The notes under the pieces were generated by a model. That model ran no database searches, was not told where the DNA came from, and saw only the letters and a program-made list of their open reading frames with translations. The position numbers were made by a program, and so were the translations under genes. A stretch of 54,202 bases of DNA from a virus (lineage: Duplodnaviria > Caudoviricetes), in the IMG/VR virus record IMGVR_UViG_3300033483_000002, positions 1 to 54,202 of that record, one strand, 5' to 3'. How positions within the stretch are numbered: position 1 is the stretch's first letter; every line of letters starts with the position of its first letter. Positions 16,484-26,151 of this stretch are shown piece by piece.

Positions 16484-17367
16484 ATATATCTCTTTTAACA
16501 GATGCACCAAAACACAATTTAGCTCTTATGAAAATATCTACTTATCATAAAGAAAAAGGTGATATTGTAAAACTTAATTCGAGAATTAATATTGATTATA
16601 CATATGTTAGTTTACTTTTTAATCAATCAATTGGAATATTAAAAGGTGATGTTTATGGCGGACCTGCAATTATTGACAGTGTATTAATTGATGATATTGA
16701 AATTTGCAAGCCTGATTATTCACTTTTTAATTTAGATTATTCATTAGGTTTTACATATAGACCTTGTTTCCGTAATTGTTCTTTTTGTAAAGTACCATTA
16801 ATGCATCATCCTGATAAAGAGCATCATTCAATATTTGAATTTCATGATATTAAATTTTCCAAAATTTGTTTATTAAACAATAATACTTTTGCAGATAAAT
16901 ACTGGAAATTGACATTTGAAGAAATATGGAGCGAAAACCTTTCAATTATTGATGAAAACGGTTATGATGTTCGATTAATTGATGAAGAAAAAGCGGAAGT
17001 TTTAAAGGCAACAAAGTTTGAAACTAAAATTCATTTTGCATGGGATCAAATGATTGATGAAGAAAAAATTATTCGAGGAATTAATATTCTTAAAAAGTTT
17101 AAAGTTCATGGCACTTTTTATGTAATGGTTGGATTTAATACAACAGAAGATGAAGATATTCATAGATGTCAAGTATTAAAAGACAATGGATTTGATATTT
17201 ATATTATGCCATTTAAGAAAACATGGTATGGAAGAGCATTTAAAAGATTTATTGATTCTTTTATGTGGAGAAAGTACAAATATATAAAAGATGCATGGAA
17301 TGATTATTTACCATTTAAGCGAAAAAATCAAATAGAAAGATTTAAGGTTTATAAATTAAAGTTTTAG
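16480..17367 (+). CDS. Radical SAM protein
   Basis: CFRNCSFC (CxxxCxxC), HNLALMKIS, PDYSL, FAWD, YVMVGF. Confidence 0.8.
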   Translation: MNISLLTDAPKHNLALMKISTYHKEKGDIVKLNSRINIDYTYVSLLFNQSIGILKGDVYGGPAIIDSVLIDDIEICKPDYSLFNLDYSLGFTYRPCFRNCSFCKVPLMHHPDKEHHSIFEFHDIKFSKICLLNNNTFADKYWKLTFEEIWSENLSIIDENGYDVRLIDEEKAEVLKATKFETKIHFAWDQMIDEEKIIRGINILKKFKVHGTFYVMVGFNTTEDEDIHRCQVLKDNGFDIYIMPFKKTWYGRAFKRFIDSFMWRKYKYIKDAWNDYLPFKRKNQIERFKVYKLKF

Positions 17368-17960
17368 TTGCTTGTGAATATACTGGTTTAGTACGTGATG
17401 CTTTTATAAGAAAAGGTCATGATGCTATATCCTGTGATTTCTTTAAGAGTGAAAGAGAAGGTCCACATTATCAAGGAAACGTATTCAATATTATCAATAA
17501 TGGATTTGATTTAATGATTGCACACCCACCGTGTACTTATCTTTCCAATGCCGGCTTTCATTTAAGTTTGAAAGATTCTTTACGTATGGAAAGATCAAAA
17601 AAGGCGTTCAAGTTTTTCATGGATTTGTATAATTCTGATATAGAAAAAATAGCAATTGAGAATCCTGTTGGAATTGTATCAACATGGTTTCAAAAACCTG
17701 ATCAGATAATAAATCCTTATAATTTTGGAAATATGGAACGAAAGAGAACATGCTTATGGTTGAAAAATCTTCCTTTACTTAAAATAAATAATACAGAAAT
17801 GCCAACTGCATATAATAGTATAATTAGAAAATCAGGAAGAGATAAAGGAAAAATATATAATTATTATTGGCATGATAAAACAAGATCAGGACACGAAAGA
17901 TCAAGAACCTTTCAATGTATTGCTGATGCTTTCGCTGAACAATGGGGAAATATAAAATGA
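17355..17960 (+). CDS. Phage C5-cytosine methyltransferase-like protein (ATT start or lost ATG)
   Basis: (I)KVLVACEYTG.VRDAF...GHDA.SCD, HPPC, ENP, RTCLWL, RSRTF.GIA-like; track begins only at 17514. Confidence 0.75.
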   Translation: MKVLVACEYTGLVRDAFIRKGHDAISCDFFKSEREGPHYQGNVFNIINNGFDLMIAHPPCTYLSNAGFHLSLKDSLRMERSKKAFKFFMDLYNSDIEKIAIENPVGIVSTWFQKPDQIINPYNFGNMERKRTCLWLKNLPLLKINNTEMPTAYNSIIRKSGRDKGKIYNYYWHDKTRSGHERSRTFQCIADAFAEQWGNIK

Positions 17961-18787
17961 TATCTCTTGATACTATCTATAATGAGAACTGCTTAATAAC
18001 TCTTTCCAGAATGCCGGATAAATTCATTGATATGACATTGACTTCTCCTCCTTATGATGGAAGAAGGTCATATGAAGGAGAACATAAATTCGATTTTGAA
18101 GAATTCAAAGCAATTGCAAAGGAACTTTATAGAGTGACAAAAGATGGTGGTGTTGTTGTATGGGTTGTTAATGATGAAACGATAAATTATTGTGAGTCAC
18201 TTACATCATTCAAGCAAGCTATCTATTTTGTTGAAGAATGCAAGTTTAATCTATTGGATACTATGATTTATTATAAGAAATCAACTCTAGTAGCAATGCC
18301 ACCTATTTTAAAAGTAAGATATAATCCTTCTTTTGAGTATATGTTTATATTTAGTAAAGGAATACCAAAAACATTTAATTCTATTAAAATAAAATGTATT
18401 AATGCAGGAAGTCTAAATAATCATTCAACAAGTCGTCAAGTAAACGGAACTTTAAAAAGAGAAATTTTTATTACTCAAGAAACAAAAGTTAAAAATAATG
18501 TTTGGGAAATATTACCTAATGACAATACAGACAATAAGGAAAATGATTCGTTGCATCCGGCCGTATTTCCGAAACATCTGGTTATTGATCACATTAAATC
18601 ATGGTCAAATGAAGGAGATATTGTATATGATCCGTTTTCAGGAAGTGGGACTGTTGCTAAATGCTGTAAATTGATGAATCGAAAATATATAGGTTCTGAA
18701 ATTGTAAAGAAATACTGGTTGTTGGGAAATATAACTCTTAAAAGAACGGATGATAGAAAGAAGGGAAGTGAAATATGGAAAATTTAA
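17957..18787 (+). CDS. DNA amino-methyltransferase, beta class (SPPY, probably m4C)
   Basis: TSPPY, HPAVFP, DPFSGSGT; ATGA overlap start. Confidence 0.9.
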   Translation: MISLDTIYNENCLITLSRMPDKFIDMTLTSPPYDGRRSYEGEHKFDFEEFKAIAKELYRVTKDGGVVVWVVNDETINYCESLTSFKQAIYFVEECKFNLLDTMIYYKKSTLVAMPPILKVRYNPSFEYMFIFSKGIPKTFNSIKIKCINAGSLNNHSTSRQVNGTLKREIFITQETKVKNNVWEILPNDNTDNKENDSLHPAVFPKHLVIDHIKSWSNEGDIVYDPFSGSGTVAKCCKLMNRKYIGSEIVKKYWLLGNITLKRTDDRKKGSEIWKI

Positions 18788-18918
18788 CTTCTGAAATGAT
18801 TAAAGAAATAGATATTGCTTTTGAAACTTTTAAAAATTTATCTGATTTCTATAATAAGATTATTGCTATTAAAGAAAAATATAAAATGACAATCAACAAT
18901 CAACAAAAAGAGTAATAA

Positions 18919-19203
18919 ATGAAATACCGAAAGAAATCTATTGAATTGTTTGAAGCAATTCAGTTTCACGGGAAACGAGTTAAAGGTTTACCACTTGAAA
19001 GATTTTATAAGGGTAGTGATTCTTTAACTGGTTTCGGTATTTATTCAAATGATGGTCTTATGATGTGTGATATTGATTTAGGAGATTATATTATTATAGG
19101 TTCAAAAGGTGGAATAAGTGTATGCAAAAAAGATGTGTTCAAAATTTTGTATGTGAAGGTGAAAGAAAATGAAAAATTATTTTTGATAAGGAGGAATAAA
19201 TGA
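18919..19203 (+). CDS. Conserved-type phage hypothetical protein
   Basis: KYRKK...EAIQF...GDYII.G..G....CK..F pattern. Confidence 0.65.
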   Translation: MKYRKKSIELFEAIQFHGKRVKGLPLERFYKGSDSLTGFGIYSNDGLMMCDIDLGDYIIIGSKGGISVCKKDVFKILYVKVKENEKLFLIRRNK

Positions 19204-19676
19204 TATTTGCAGTTGATTTCGATGGAACTATTGTGACTCAAGCATGGCCTGATATAGGAGAAGAAAGAAAATATGCAATATTTGTCATGAAAAAATTACA
19301 GGAATCGGGACATAAAATAATAATATGGACTGGTAGAAACGGAAAACAATTATCAGATATAATGAATTGGTTTTTAAGCAAAAAATTTTTCCCTGATGCT
19401 GTAAATGCAAACTTGTTTTTTAATTCGGGATGCAATAATCCAAAAATTCATGCTGATGTATATATTGAAGATAAAAGTTTTCCGCCATTTACTAATTGGG
19501 TTCATATTTATAATGTATTTATTAAGAATAGACCAATTGATGAATTAATGACTGAAGATACTTTATTTTGTTCTGATTATCTTACTGATCATGTTTTTTG
19601 CAAATACTACCCAGGTCATTCTTTTTGTAATGTATGTACGACTAAAAAATTAAGTCTTGATCATTATTACCAATAA
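19200..19676 (+). CDS. HAD-superfamily hydrolase/phosphatase
   Basis: AVDFDGT, WTGR, K..ADVYIEDK. Confidence 0.8.
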   Translation: MIFAVDFDGTIVTQAWPDIGEERKYAIFVMKKLQESGHKIIIWTGRNGKQLSDIMNWFLSKKFFPDAVNANLFFNSGCNNPKIHADVYIEDKSFPPFTNWVHIYNVFIKNRPIDELMTEDTLFCSDYLTDHVFCKYYPGHSFCNVCTTKKLSLDHYYQ

Positions 19677-19694
19677 ACAAAAAGGAGCTTTCCA

Positions 19695-20318
19695 ATGGCA
19701 ACTAAAATTAAGAAAACAATAGAACAGTATGCAATTCCTTCAGAGGATATGAAGAAAAATCTTGAGTTAGTCCCTGTTAATAGTATTAAACTTTTTAGTG
19801 GAAATACTAAAAAACATACTGATTCTAATGTGAAGAAACTCGCTGAAGGATTAAAAATTTATGGGCAATGGCGTCCAGCAGTAGTATGGAGAGAAGATAA
19901 CGAAATTAGAGTTGGAAATGGAATGTATCTTGCAATATCTAAAATTCTCAAGTGGAAGAATATTTGGGTGTTGTGGAGAGATTTTCTAAATAAAGCAGAA
20001 GCGGATCTTGCAGGCGCTTTTGATAATAAAAGCAATGAATGGTCTGAAAATGACGATGATGCACTGCGGGAACTGTTTACCAGAGAAGATATTATAGAGT
20101 TCACTGGAAAAAGCAAGGAACGTTTGCAGGAATTTTCAGGATTTACGGAAGATGATTTAAAGGATTTATTTCTTGAAAAGGATTTGAAGAAAATCAATGA
20201 TGAAAATGGAATGTGCACGGTAAAAATAGAGTGCAGAAAAGATGAAGCGGAAGAATTGAAGTCAACTCTTTCCCAGTGGTCTGTAAATTCGGGATTTGAA
20301 GGATTGATAGTTCATTAA
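19695..20318 (+). CDS. ParB/Srx N-terminal domain protein
   Basis: N.KKH, YGQWRPAVV, VGNG, DNKSNE.S. Confidence 0.7.
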   Translation: MATKIKKTIEQYAIPSEDMKKNLELVPVNSIKLFSGNTKKHTDSNVKKLAEGLKIYGQWRPAVVWREDNEIRVGNGMYLAISKILKWKNIWVLWRDFLNKAEADLAGAFDNKSNEWSENDDDALRELFTREDIIEFTGKSKERLQEFSGFTEDDLKDLFLEKDLKKINDENGMCTVKIECRKDEAEELKSTLSQWSVNSGFEGLIVH

Positions 20319-20334
20319 AAGAAAGGAAAATGTT

Positions 20335-20505
20335 ATGGAATATAAATTAATTAGAGGTAATAATGAGCAAGATTTAGTTAATAAGGTATGCGATTTAATG
20401 GATTGTGGATGGTCTCCTTGTGGTGGTGTTGCAATTAGATCAAGTTTATCACTTGGAGATATTGACTTTTATCAAGCAATGATAAGACCAATTCAGAAAG
20501 ACTAA
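20335..20505 (+). CDS. Small DUF1737-like protein (56 aa)
   Basis: AAAGGA RBS; GWSPCGG...FYQAM. Confidence 0.55.
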   Translation: MEYKLIRGNNEQDLVNKVCDLMDCGWSPCGGVAIRSSLSLGDIDFYQAMIRPIQKD

Positions 20506-20506
20506 T

Positions 20507-20953
20507 ATGATTAAAAATTATACGTCAACTGTAACTGCTGGAAAGTCAGTTTTAAAAATAGAGAAATGCCTTGTAGATCATGGAGCAGAGCAGATATTAA
20601 AAATCTATGATAAGCAAAGCAAGATATTGACTGGAATCTCTTTTATTATCAATAGAAATGGAAGTAATATACCATTTCAATTACCGGCAAGAATTGATCG
20701 AATCGAGAAGAGATTAAAGGATGAAGTAAAAAGACCCGTAAAAGGAACTTATGAAAGGATTTCCGAACAAGCTGAAAGAACTGCATGGAAATTACTATCG
20801 GAATGGGTTGAAATTCAAATGTCAATGATTGAACTTGATCAAGCTGAATTTGTCGAAATATTCATGCCGTATATTTTTGACAATAAAAGTAAACAGACAT
20901 TGTTTGAAAAAGCAAAAGACAGTAATTTCAAGATGTTGGAATATAAGGAATAA
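20507..20953 (+). CDS. Conserved-type phage hypothetical protein
   Basis: QAERTAWK...WVE.Q...FMPY. Confidence 0.7.
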   Translation: MIKNYTSTVTAGKSVLKIEKCLVDHGAEQILKIYDKQSKILTGISFIINRNGSNIPFQLPARIDRIEKRLKDEVKRPVKGTYERISEQAERTAWKLLSEWVEIQMSMIELDQAEFVEIFMPYIFDNKSKQTLFEKAKDSNFKMLEYKE

Positions 20954-20956
20954 ATA

Positions 20957-21352
20957 ATGCAGAAAGATATTTGCTTACGGTATGCGGGACTCATGAGGAA
21001 AGTGTGTCTATGTGGAATCAGTTTCCAGCAGATAACTGGAAATAAAGGAGATTTTGGTATATATAAAAGAATACCTTGTTTCGGAAGAAATAGAATTGAT
21101 ACATGCAAAAGGAGAGTGTTTCCTACTGATGCATATATCAAGAGATTTGAAGATAAGGCAAATACAAATCATGAATATGTAGTCATAGCACTTCAAACAA
21201 TAAAAGAAATCAATAAGGATATCAAGAAAGATAAAGAAGGAGTAATAGTTTGTCCCCAGTGTAAAGGGAAACTTCATTATAGTATTGTTGGTTATAATGG
21301 TCATATATGGGGAAAGTGTGAAACGAAAGGGTGTATATCATGGATGATGTAA
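20957..21352 (+). CDS. Zinc-ribbon phage protein
   Basis: CPQCKG.L.Y....NGH.WG.C...C. Confidence 0.7.
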   Translation: MQKDICLRYAGLMRKVCLCGISFQQITGNKGDFGIYKRIPCFGRNRIDTCKRRVFPTDAYIKRFEDKANTNHEYVVIALQTIKEINKDIKKDKEGVIVCPQCKGKLHYSIVGYNGHIWGKCETKGCISWMM

Positions 21353-21548
21353 AAAGACCGATGTTAAAGATACAGATTAAAAGATTGCTGATGTTTAAGA
21401 GAAGGAAACCTGTATTCATTCTCTACAGAAGTGATTTCAATTCGAAAATGGTATTTGAGGATTTCATTGATTTATTGGAATGTATGAAAGAGAGTTGTTT
21501 ATTCAACTCTTATGCATATTCTAAAGGTATTGAAGCGGGTAAGTTGAT

Positions 21549-21962
21549 ATGAATTATCGAGCGTATGAAATTTTAGGTAATATACCAGAATCAGAATGTG
21601 CAATCGTTGACAATAAAGGACATCATTGTCAAGATAAAGTTGTTTATTATATAAATCATAATGATAAAGAAATTGGTTTATGTGAAAGATGTTATCAAAA
21701 TTATTTAAATAGATTTAAAAATAAAAATAAACGTACTTTATATATGAAAAGTAAATTATTTTTATGCATTTTGTCAATGATTTTGATGTATTTTAACTGT
21801 TATTATATCAAAGAATATCATCTATTTAAACCACTTGAAATATGTATTGATAACTATATTTTTCTGTATTTCAAGTACTCTGGAAAACGATTTGTCGTTC
21901 AAAAGTACGATTCCACTGGGGAAGAATGTTTCTGTTTCTGTGAGAAAAATAATGACAAATAA
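21549..21962 (+). CDS. Hypothetical protein (Cys-containing; possibly two genes)
   Basis: 137-aa ORF. Confidence 0.4.
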   Translation: MNYRAYEILGNIPESECAIVDNKGHHCQDKVVYYINHNDKEIGLCERCYQNYLNRFKNKNKRTLYMKSKLFLCILSMILMYFNCYYIKEYHLFKPLEICIDNYIFLYFKYSGKRFVVQKYDSTGEECFCFCEKNNDK

Positions 21963-22014
21963 TTTACAAATGATCAAATTTTCGATGAAATTGGAATTTG
22001 AAAATTTTTGCCAA

Positions 22015-22352
22015 TATGTAAGATTTTTTCGATTGTATGTAAGATTTTCCGATATGCTTGAGTGCCTCAATTTGAAAGGAAACGATAGCTGTTTATTTAA
22101 TTCAATTATTGTAAATGTAATGAAATCAATGAATAAATATATTGAACTATATCGAATCTTACATAATAAGTTATATACATTAGGAAACCGTAAGGGGCTT
22201 ATTAAATATATATTAAATATATAGACTTCTTTACAAATAATAATATATAATAATATATAAATAATAAAAAAGAAAGAAAAAAGAAAAAAAAAAATGAAAT
22301 ATTTTAGACCACTTCGGTATAGTGTCGTATATAAGAGATTATGTAAGATTTT
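22015..22352. repeat. Four copies of TATGTAAGATT(TT) around a very AT-rich tract
   Basis: Direct copies at 22015, 22036, 22340; inverted copy at 22155-22165; A-tract about 22261-22293. Confidence 0.7.
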
Positions 22353-22353
22353 A

Positions 22354-22387
22354 TTGTTTATTGATACTTAATGTGTTATATTATAAT
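22354..22387 (+). promoter_or_regulatory. Sigma70-like promoter candidate
   Basis: TTGTTT-17 nt-TATATT with extended TG; alternative TTGATA-15 nt-TATAAT. Confidence 0.45.
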
Positions 22388-22459
22388 TAATTATGAAGAA
22401 TGAAATTAATATAAGGCTATCGAAATTTAACAAATTGAGCGGAAAGGAGCATAATTTCA

Positions 22460-22753
22460 ATGGCGCAACGATATTTTTTGATTAATAATAGTGAGACAAT
22501 TGGATTGTATTACCAGGAAGAGAATCATAAGATGACGATTGGAGGTAATAGGAGATTTTATGAATTGATGATTACAGTAATGGAGGAATATTTCAAGATC
22601 AAGAAATATGAAATTGTAAAGACTCAAAAAAATAAAGTAAAATTGATTACAAGATTGTGGAGAGATGCTTTATTTTTTGATGGAATAAGAAAATTAAAAA
22701 ATGATGGATTGACTTTACAGCAAACAAAAACATTCAACAGAATTTGGTGGTAG
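22460..22753 (+). CDS. Hypothetical protein
   Basis: AAAGGAG RBS. Confidence 0.65.
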   Translation: MAQRYFLINNSETIGLYYQEENHKMTIGGNRRFYELMITVMEEYFKIKKYEIVKTQKNKVKLITRLWRDALFFDGIRKLKNDGLTLQQTKTFNRIWW

Positions 22754-22849
22754 ATTATGGAAGCTTTCGAATGGTTGCTCTTGATTGATTCAATTGCAAT
22801 TTTATTTATTCTATGGAAACTTACTCATTAATAAAATAAGGAGAAAAAA

Positions 22850-23125
22850 ATGATTAGTGAACGTGATATTATAAAATTTGATGATTATATGATACGTGTT
22901 TGTACTGATTTAGAAATAAAAGGAATTTGGATTGATATTAAAACAGAATTATCAAAAATAAGTCTTGAAGATGATTTACTTTTTAAAACTTCATTAGATT
23001 TAATGAGACAGCTTTTATTAGTTCAAGACGATAGGGCTCTTAATAGAGCGATTTATTTTGCAGATGAATTAATAAAAAAGTGTAAATATAAAAAGGAAAA
23101 TGACAATGTACAAACCGGATCATGA
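22850..23125 (+). CDS. Hypothetical protein
   Basis: AAGGAG-like RBS. Confidence 0.6.
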   Translation: MISERDIIKFDDYMIRVCTDLEIKGIWIDIKTELSKISLEDDLLFKTSLDLMRQLLLVQDDRALNRAIYFADELIKKCKYKKENDNVQTGS

Positions 23126-23286
23126 TGAAGCGAATTTCATTTATATGGTTGGAATAGTGATTATTTGGCTTTTGATTTTTTATTTTGCAATTGAAAGGAT
23201 GCAGATAAAATGAACAATATTGATATTTATACGGCAGCTTTCGTTATCGGATCATTATTCTTTTTCTTTCTCATTGGAGTATTTTC

Positions 23287-24258
23287 ATGATCATATCAAA
23301 GCAGAATCTTCTTCCAGTGGCTTTAACGAAACCGGATAAGAATATTCCGGTATTGGATTGCTTGAGAATAGAGAATGATGGGAGTAGTATAGGGGGAAAT
23401 GGAAAATCTTTTATTGTCGTATCACCTGTCCCTGAAAACTTGAAAGTGAAAGTTGGAAAGATTTACGGTAATGAAAAATCGGAAAGCGTTACAGTGACAA
23501 GTGAGACGGTAAAGGAGGTATTGAAAAATATTCCTTCGGATAGCAAATATGGCGGATTGTTGGAACATACTGAAGTGATAAGTAAAGAAGGAAATGCAGT
23601 TGATTTTGTTTTATATGATGGTGCAAGGAAGCGTAATATATCAGGAAAAGTAAATCCGGCTTTATATCCTCCTTATAGGAAATTATTTCAAAGAGCATTG
23701 GACAATAAGAAATCAATTCAATTAGTCGTCAATTCAAAAAGATTCTTGCCTTTGATTGAAACATTGATTAAATGTTCCAATGATTCAGGTGATTTTTCAC
23801 CTATGTATATTGAATTTACAGAAGAAAATGATATCGTCATTCGAATGATCAATCCGAAAACGGAACAAAGATGCATTGGAATAATGTGGAGCAATAAAGG
23901 CCCGGAAGCGAAATGGTTGGAAGAATCAACTTTTGAGAAGGGATTGAAAAATGGAAACAATGACGTTAAAGGAAATTCTATGGTTCATAATTCCGTTAAT
24001 GGTAATGGTAGCGGTAGGAATATGGACAATAACAGGAATTTGTCAAATAATAAAACTGTACCTTCAGGATTGGAAGTTCATAAAGAAAGGAAAGTTTCCA
24101 AAGGAGCGAAACGAACAGGAAACAGACGATTAGCTCATATAATAGATGAAATGTGTCCTGATTGCAATAAATTTCATTTGGCAACTGATGGTAGATTCAA
24201 GTGGTGCAGTTGTATGGTAGGTTGCAATTATTTTACGGATGGAAATAAGGAGCTTTAA
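23287..24258 (+). CDS. Divergent DNA sliding-clamp (beta)-like protein with C-terminal extension
   Basis: PVLDCLRIE...GGNG, YPPYRKLF, VNSKRF..LI, terminal IGIM resemble DnaN repeat motifs; low similarity. Confidence 0.45.
   Translation: MIISKQNLLPVALTKPDKNIPVLDCLRIENDGSSIGGNGKSFIVVSPVPENLKVKVGKIYGNEKSESVTVTSETVKEVLKNIPSDSKYGGLLEHTEVISKEGNAVDFVLYDGARKRNISGKVNPALYPPYRKLFQRALDNKKSIQLVVNSKRFLPLIETLIKCSNDSGDFSPMYIEFTEENDIVIRMINPKTEQRCIGIMWSNKGPEAKWLEESTFEKGLKNGNNDVKGNSMVHNSVNGNGSGRNMDNNRNLSNNKTVPSGLEVHKERKVSKGAKRTGNRRLAHIIDEMCPDCNKFHLATDGRFKWCSCMVGCNYFTDGNKEL
23951..24133 (+). CDS. Small membrane protein overlapping the previous ORF in another frame
   Basis: AAGGGA RBS, one strong hydrophobic helix. 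Confidence 0.5.
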   Translation: METMTLKEILWFIIPLMVMVAVGIWTITGICQIIKLYLQDWKFIKKGKFPKERNEQETDD

Positions 24259-24260
24259 AA

Positions 24261-24452
24261 ATGGAATCGGAAAATATTTTTGAAAAGATTGAAAAAAGGA
24301 ATTGTTTTTGTTGTTGTTCAAAAGATTGTAATAAATGTAATGGCACTGAAAAGAAAAAGTATTTTAAACTCTCTTCTGAAGCATTATTGGAAGCAATAGA
24401 ACATTTGAGCAATCAATTCAATATTTTATTACCTTATATCAGAAAGGTTTGA
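24261..24452 (+). CDS. Small Cys-rich protein
   Basis: AAGGAG RBS; CFCC...CNKCNG. Confidence 0.55.
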   Translation: MESENIFEKIEKRNCFCCCSKDCNKCNGTEKKKYFKLSSEALLEAIEHLSNQFNILLPYIRKV

Positions 24453-24453
24453 C

Positions 24454-24684
24454 ATGATTGATACTTTTATTATTTATTCTATTATTTGGTATATAATTGG
24501 ATTATATCTTGTAATATTACTTCATAAGATTAACGAAAGTGATATACGAGTTGAAGATATTCCAATGATTATTTTAAGCTCTTTTTTAGGTATGTTTCTT
24601 ATTATTATACCTTTATTAAATTTGTATGAAAATATTAAAGATAAAGTAATATTTAAGTTTTCTAAACATATCAGAAAGGTTTAA
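24454..24684 (+). CDS. Small two-TM membrane protein
   Basis: Two hydrophobic segments; flanked by a 15-bp direct repeat. Confidence 0.6.
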   Translation: MIDTFIIYSIIWYIIGLYLVILLHKINESDIRVEDIPMIILSSFLGMFLIIIPLLNLYENIKDKVIFKFSKHIRKV

Positions 24685-24686
24685 TA

Positions 24687-24950
24687 ATGGGATATTCGGT
24701 ATGTGATTCAATCGTCCGTGTCGATAGTTTTAAATCCGCAAGTGGAAAATGGTATAGTACATATGCGGTTGATATGAAAGAATTCTGGCTTGAACCTTTT
24801 GTTGAAAGAGCTTTAAAGAAAGCAATTATGAGAATGTATGTTGACTCAGGTGGAAAGCCTGATCCGAATTTTATATATGTATGTATTGAACCTTATCACA
24901 AAAATCAATTCCCTTTATGCGTTAGTTTTACAAAAGAGGAATGCATATGA
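24687..24950 (+). CDS. Hypothetical phage protein
   Basis: VRVD.FK.SGKWY...PYH...FP. Confidence 0.65.
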   Translation: MGYSVCDSIVRVDSFKSASGKWYSTYAVDMKEFWLEPFVERALKKAIMRMYVDSGGKPDPNFIYVCIEPYHKNQFPLCVSFTKEECI

Positions 24951-25138
24951 TCAATACAATTGCTTTTATATGGATAAATCTTTTTATCTTATGCCTTATG
25001 GTTTTATTTATTTATGAAACAACTCAACTATCAGTACCAGAATTGATTTTAAAAATTTGTTGCTATTTTGCTTTTATTAGTTTTATTATATTTACTATTG
25101 CACTAATTGTTTTTGCTGAAATAAAACTTTTAACATAA
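24941..25138 (+). CDS. Small membrane protein
   Basis: Two hydrophobic segments. Confidence 0.5.
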   Translation: MHMINTIAFIWINLFILCLMVLFIYETTQLSVPELILKICCYFAFISFIIFTIALIVFAEIKLLT

Positions 25139-25376
25139 AGAAAGGATAGGTATAAAATGAACTATATTTTATATGTATTAGATTTAATGAAGAGGAATGC
25201 AAATGATTGAAATAGTTGTGTTTGTAATGATTGTTGCTGCATTATTATTCTTGTTTTTTACTATTTTTGAAAATAAATCTTCAAGTACAATTAAGGCATA
25301 TTTATATGCTATTATTTTAATTTCTATATTTTGTCTATTTATGTTATTATGTATAGAATAATAAAGGAGTCATAAA

Positions 25377-25805
25377 ATGAAAGTTGTAACAAATGTTGAA
25401 GTAATGGAATGTTTACCTGAGCTTGCTGGAAATAATGTTGTTCGTATTATGCATAATGGTGTAATGGAGAATGAAACGATTATAGGACAAGTATTTGTAA
25501 ATAACAGAGGTGAGAAAATAGCTCTTGGAATATCTCAATTAGTACAAGATACAATTGCATTACCTGTCAATCAATTTGAAGAAATAAAAAAAGATATTGA
25601 AAGAATAATGAGTGAAAATGTAGATATAAGGAAGGCTTATACGAGAGCAATTATTGATTTAAGTGCAACTTTGGAAGTAAATGAGAAGATAAAAGAAGTT
25701 ATGCAAAGTGCAGATTTCTTCCAGCGGATGAAATATTTTTTAACAGGGAATTATGAATATCTTTTTGATAAAATGGATAGAAAGAAGGTATGCAATGACG
25801 AATGA
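25377..25805 (+). CDS. Hypothetical protein
   Basis: AAGGAG RBS; coiled-coil C-terminal half. Confidence 0.65.
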   Translation: MKVVTNVEVMECLPELAGNNVVRIMHNGVMENETIIGQVFVNNRGEKIALGISQLVQDTIALPVNQFEEIKKDIERIMSENVDIRKAYTRAIIDLSATLEVNEKIKEVMQSADFFQRMKYFLTGNYEYLFDKMDRKKVCNDE

Positions 25806-26151
25806 AGAATTTAATAAAATTTTAGAAAGACGTATTGAACAGATTAAGTCCACACTTTCCGATAAAGCAAAGATGTATGCTATTGGAGATAGGCTTTATA
25901 ATTTCAAAAGATCAGCGGAAATTTTAAGATGCAGTCCCCATAAAGCACTTTTAGGTATGTTTATTAAACATTTGGTATCAATTATAGATTTAATTGAAAA
26001 ATCATACACTGCAAATAGTGAATTAATTGATGAGAAAATTGGAGATGGAATAAATTATTTAATTTTACTTGAAGCAATCTTCAGAGAGAATTTGTCAATT
26101 GATGTAGAATGCTTTGATTGTGGAGAGTGTAGCAATGGAGATGTAAAATGA
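25795..26151 (+). CDS. Nucleotide-modification-associated (DUF1599/Nmad1-like, all-alpha pyrophosphatase-like) protein
   Basis: K...YA...DRL.NF...KH..SI...EKIGD.INYL.LL. Confidence 0.6.
   Translation: MTNEEFNKILERRIEQIKSTLSDKAKMYAIGDRLYNFKRSAEILRCSPHKALLGMFIKHLVSIIDLIEKSYTANSELIDEKIGDGINYLILLEAIFRENLSIDVECFDCGECSNGDVK

Noticed and set aside
21331-22224. ORFs 21331-21552 and 21835-22224 as real genes
   Set aside because: Weak RBS and overlap with the repeat/AT-rich region; their shared LEC...SCLFNS text may reflect an old DNA duplication, too weak to call
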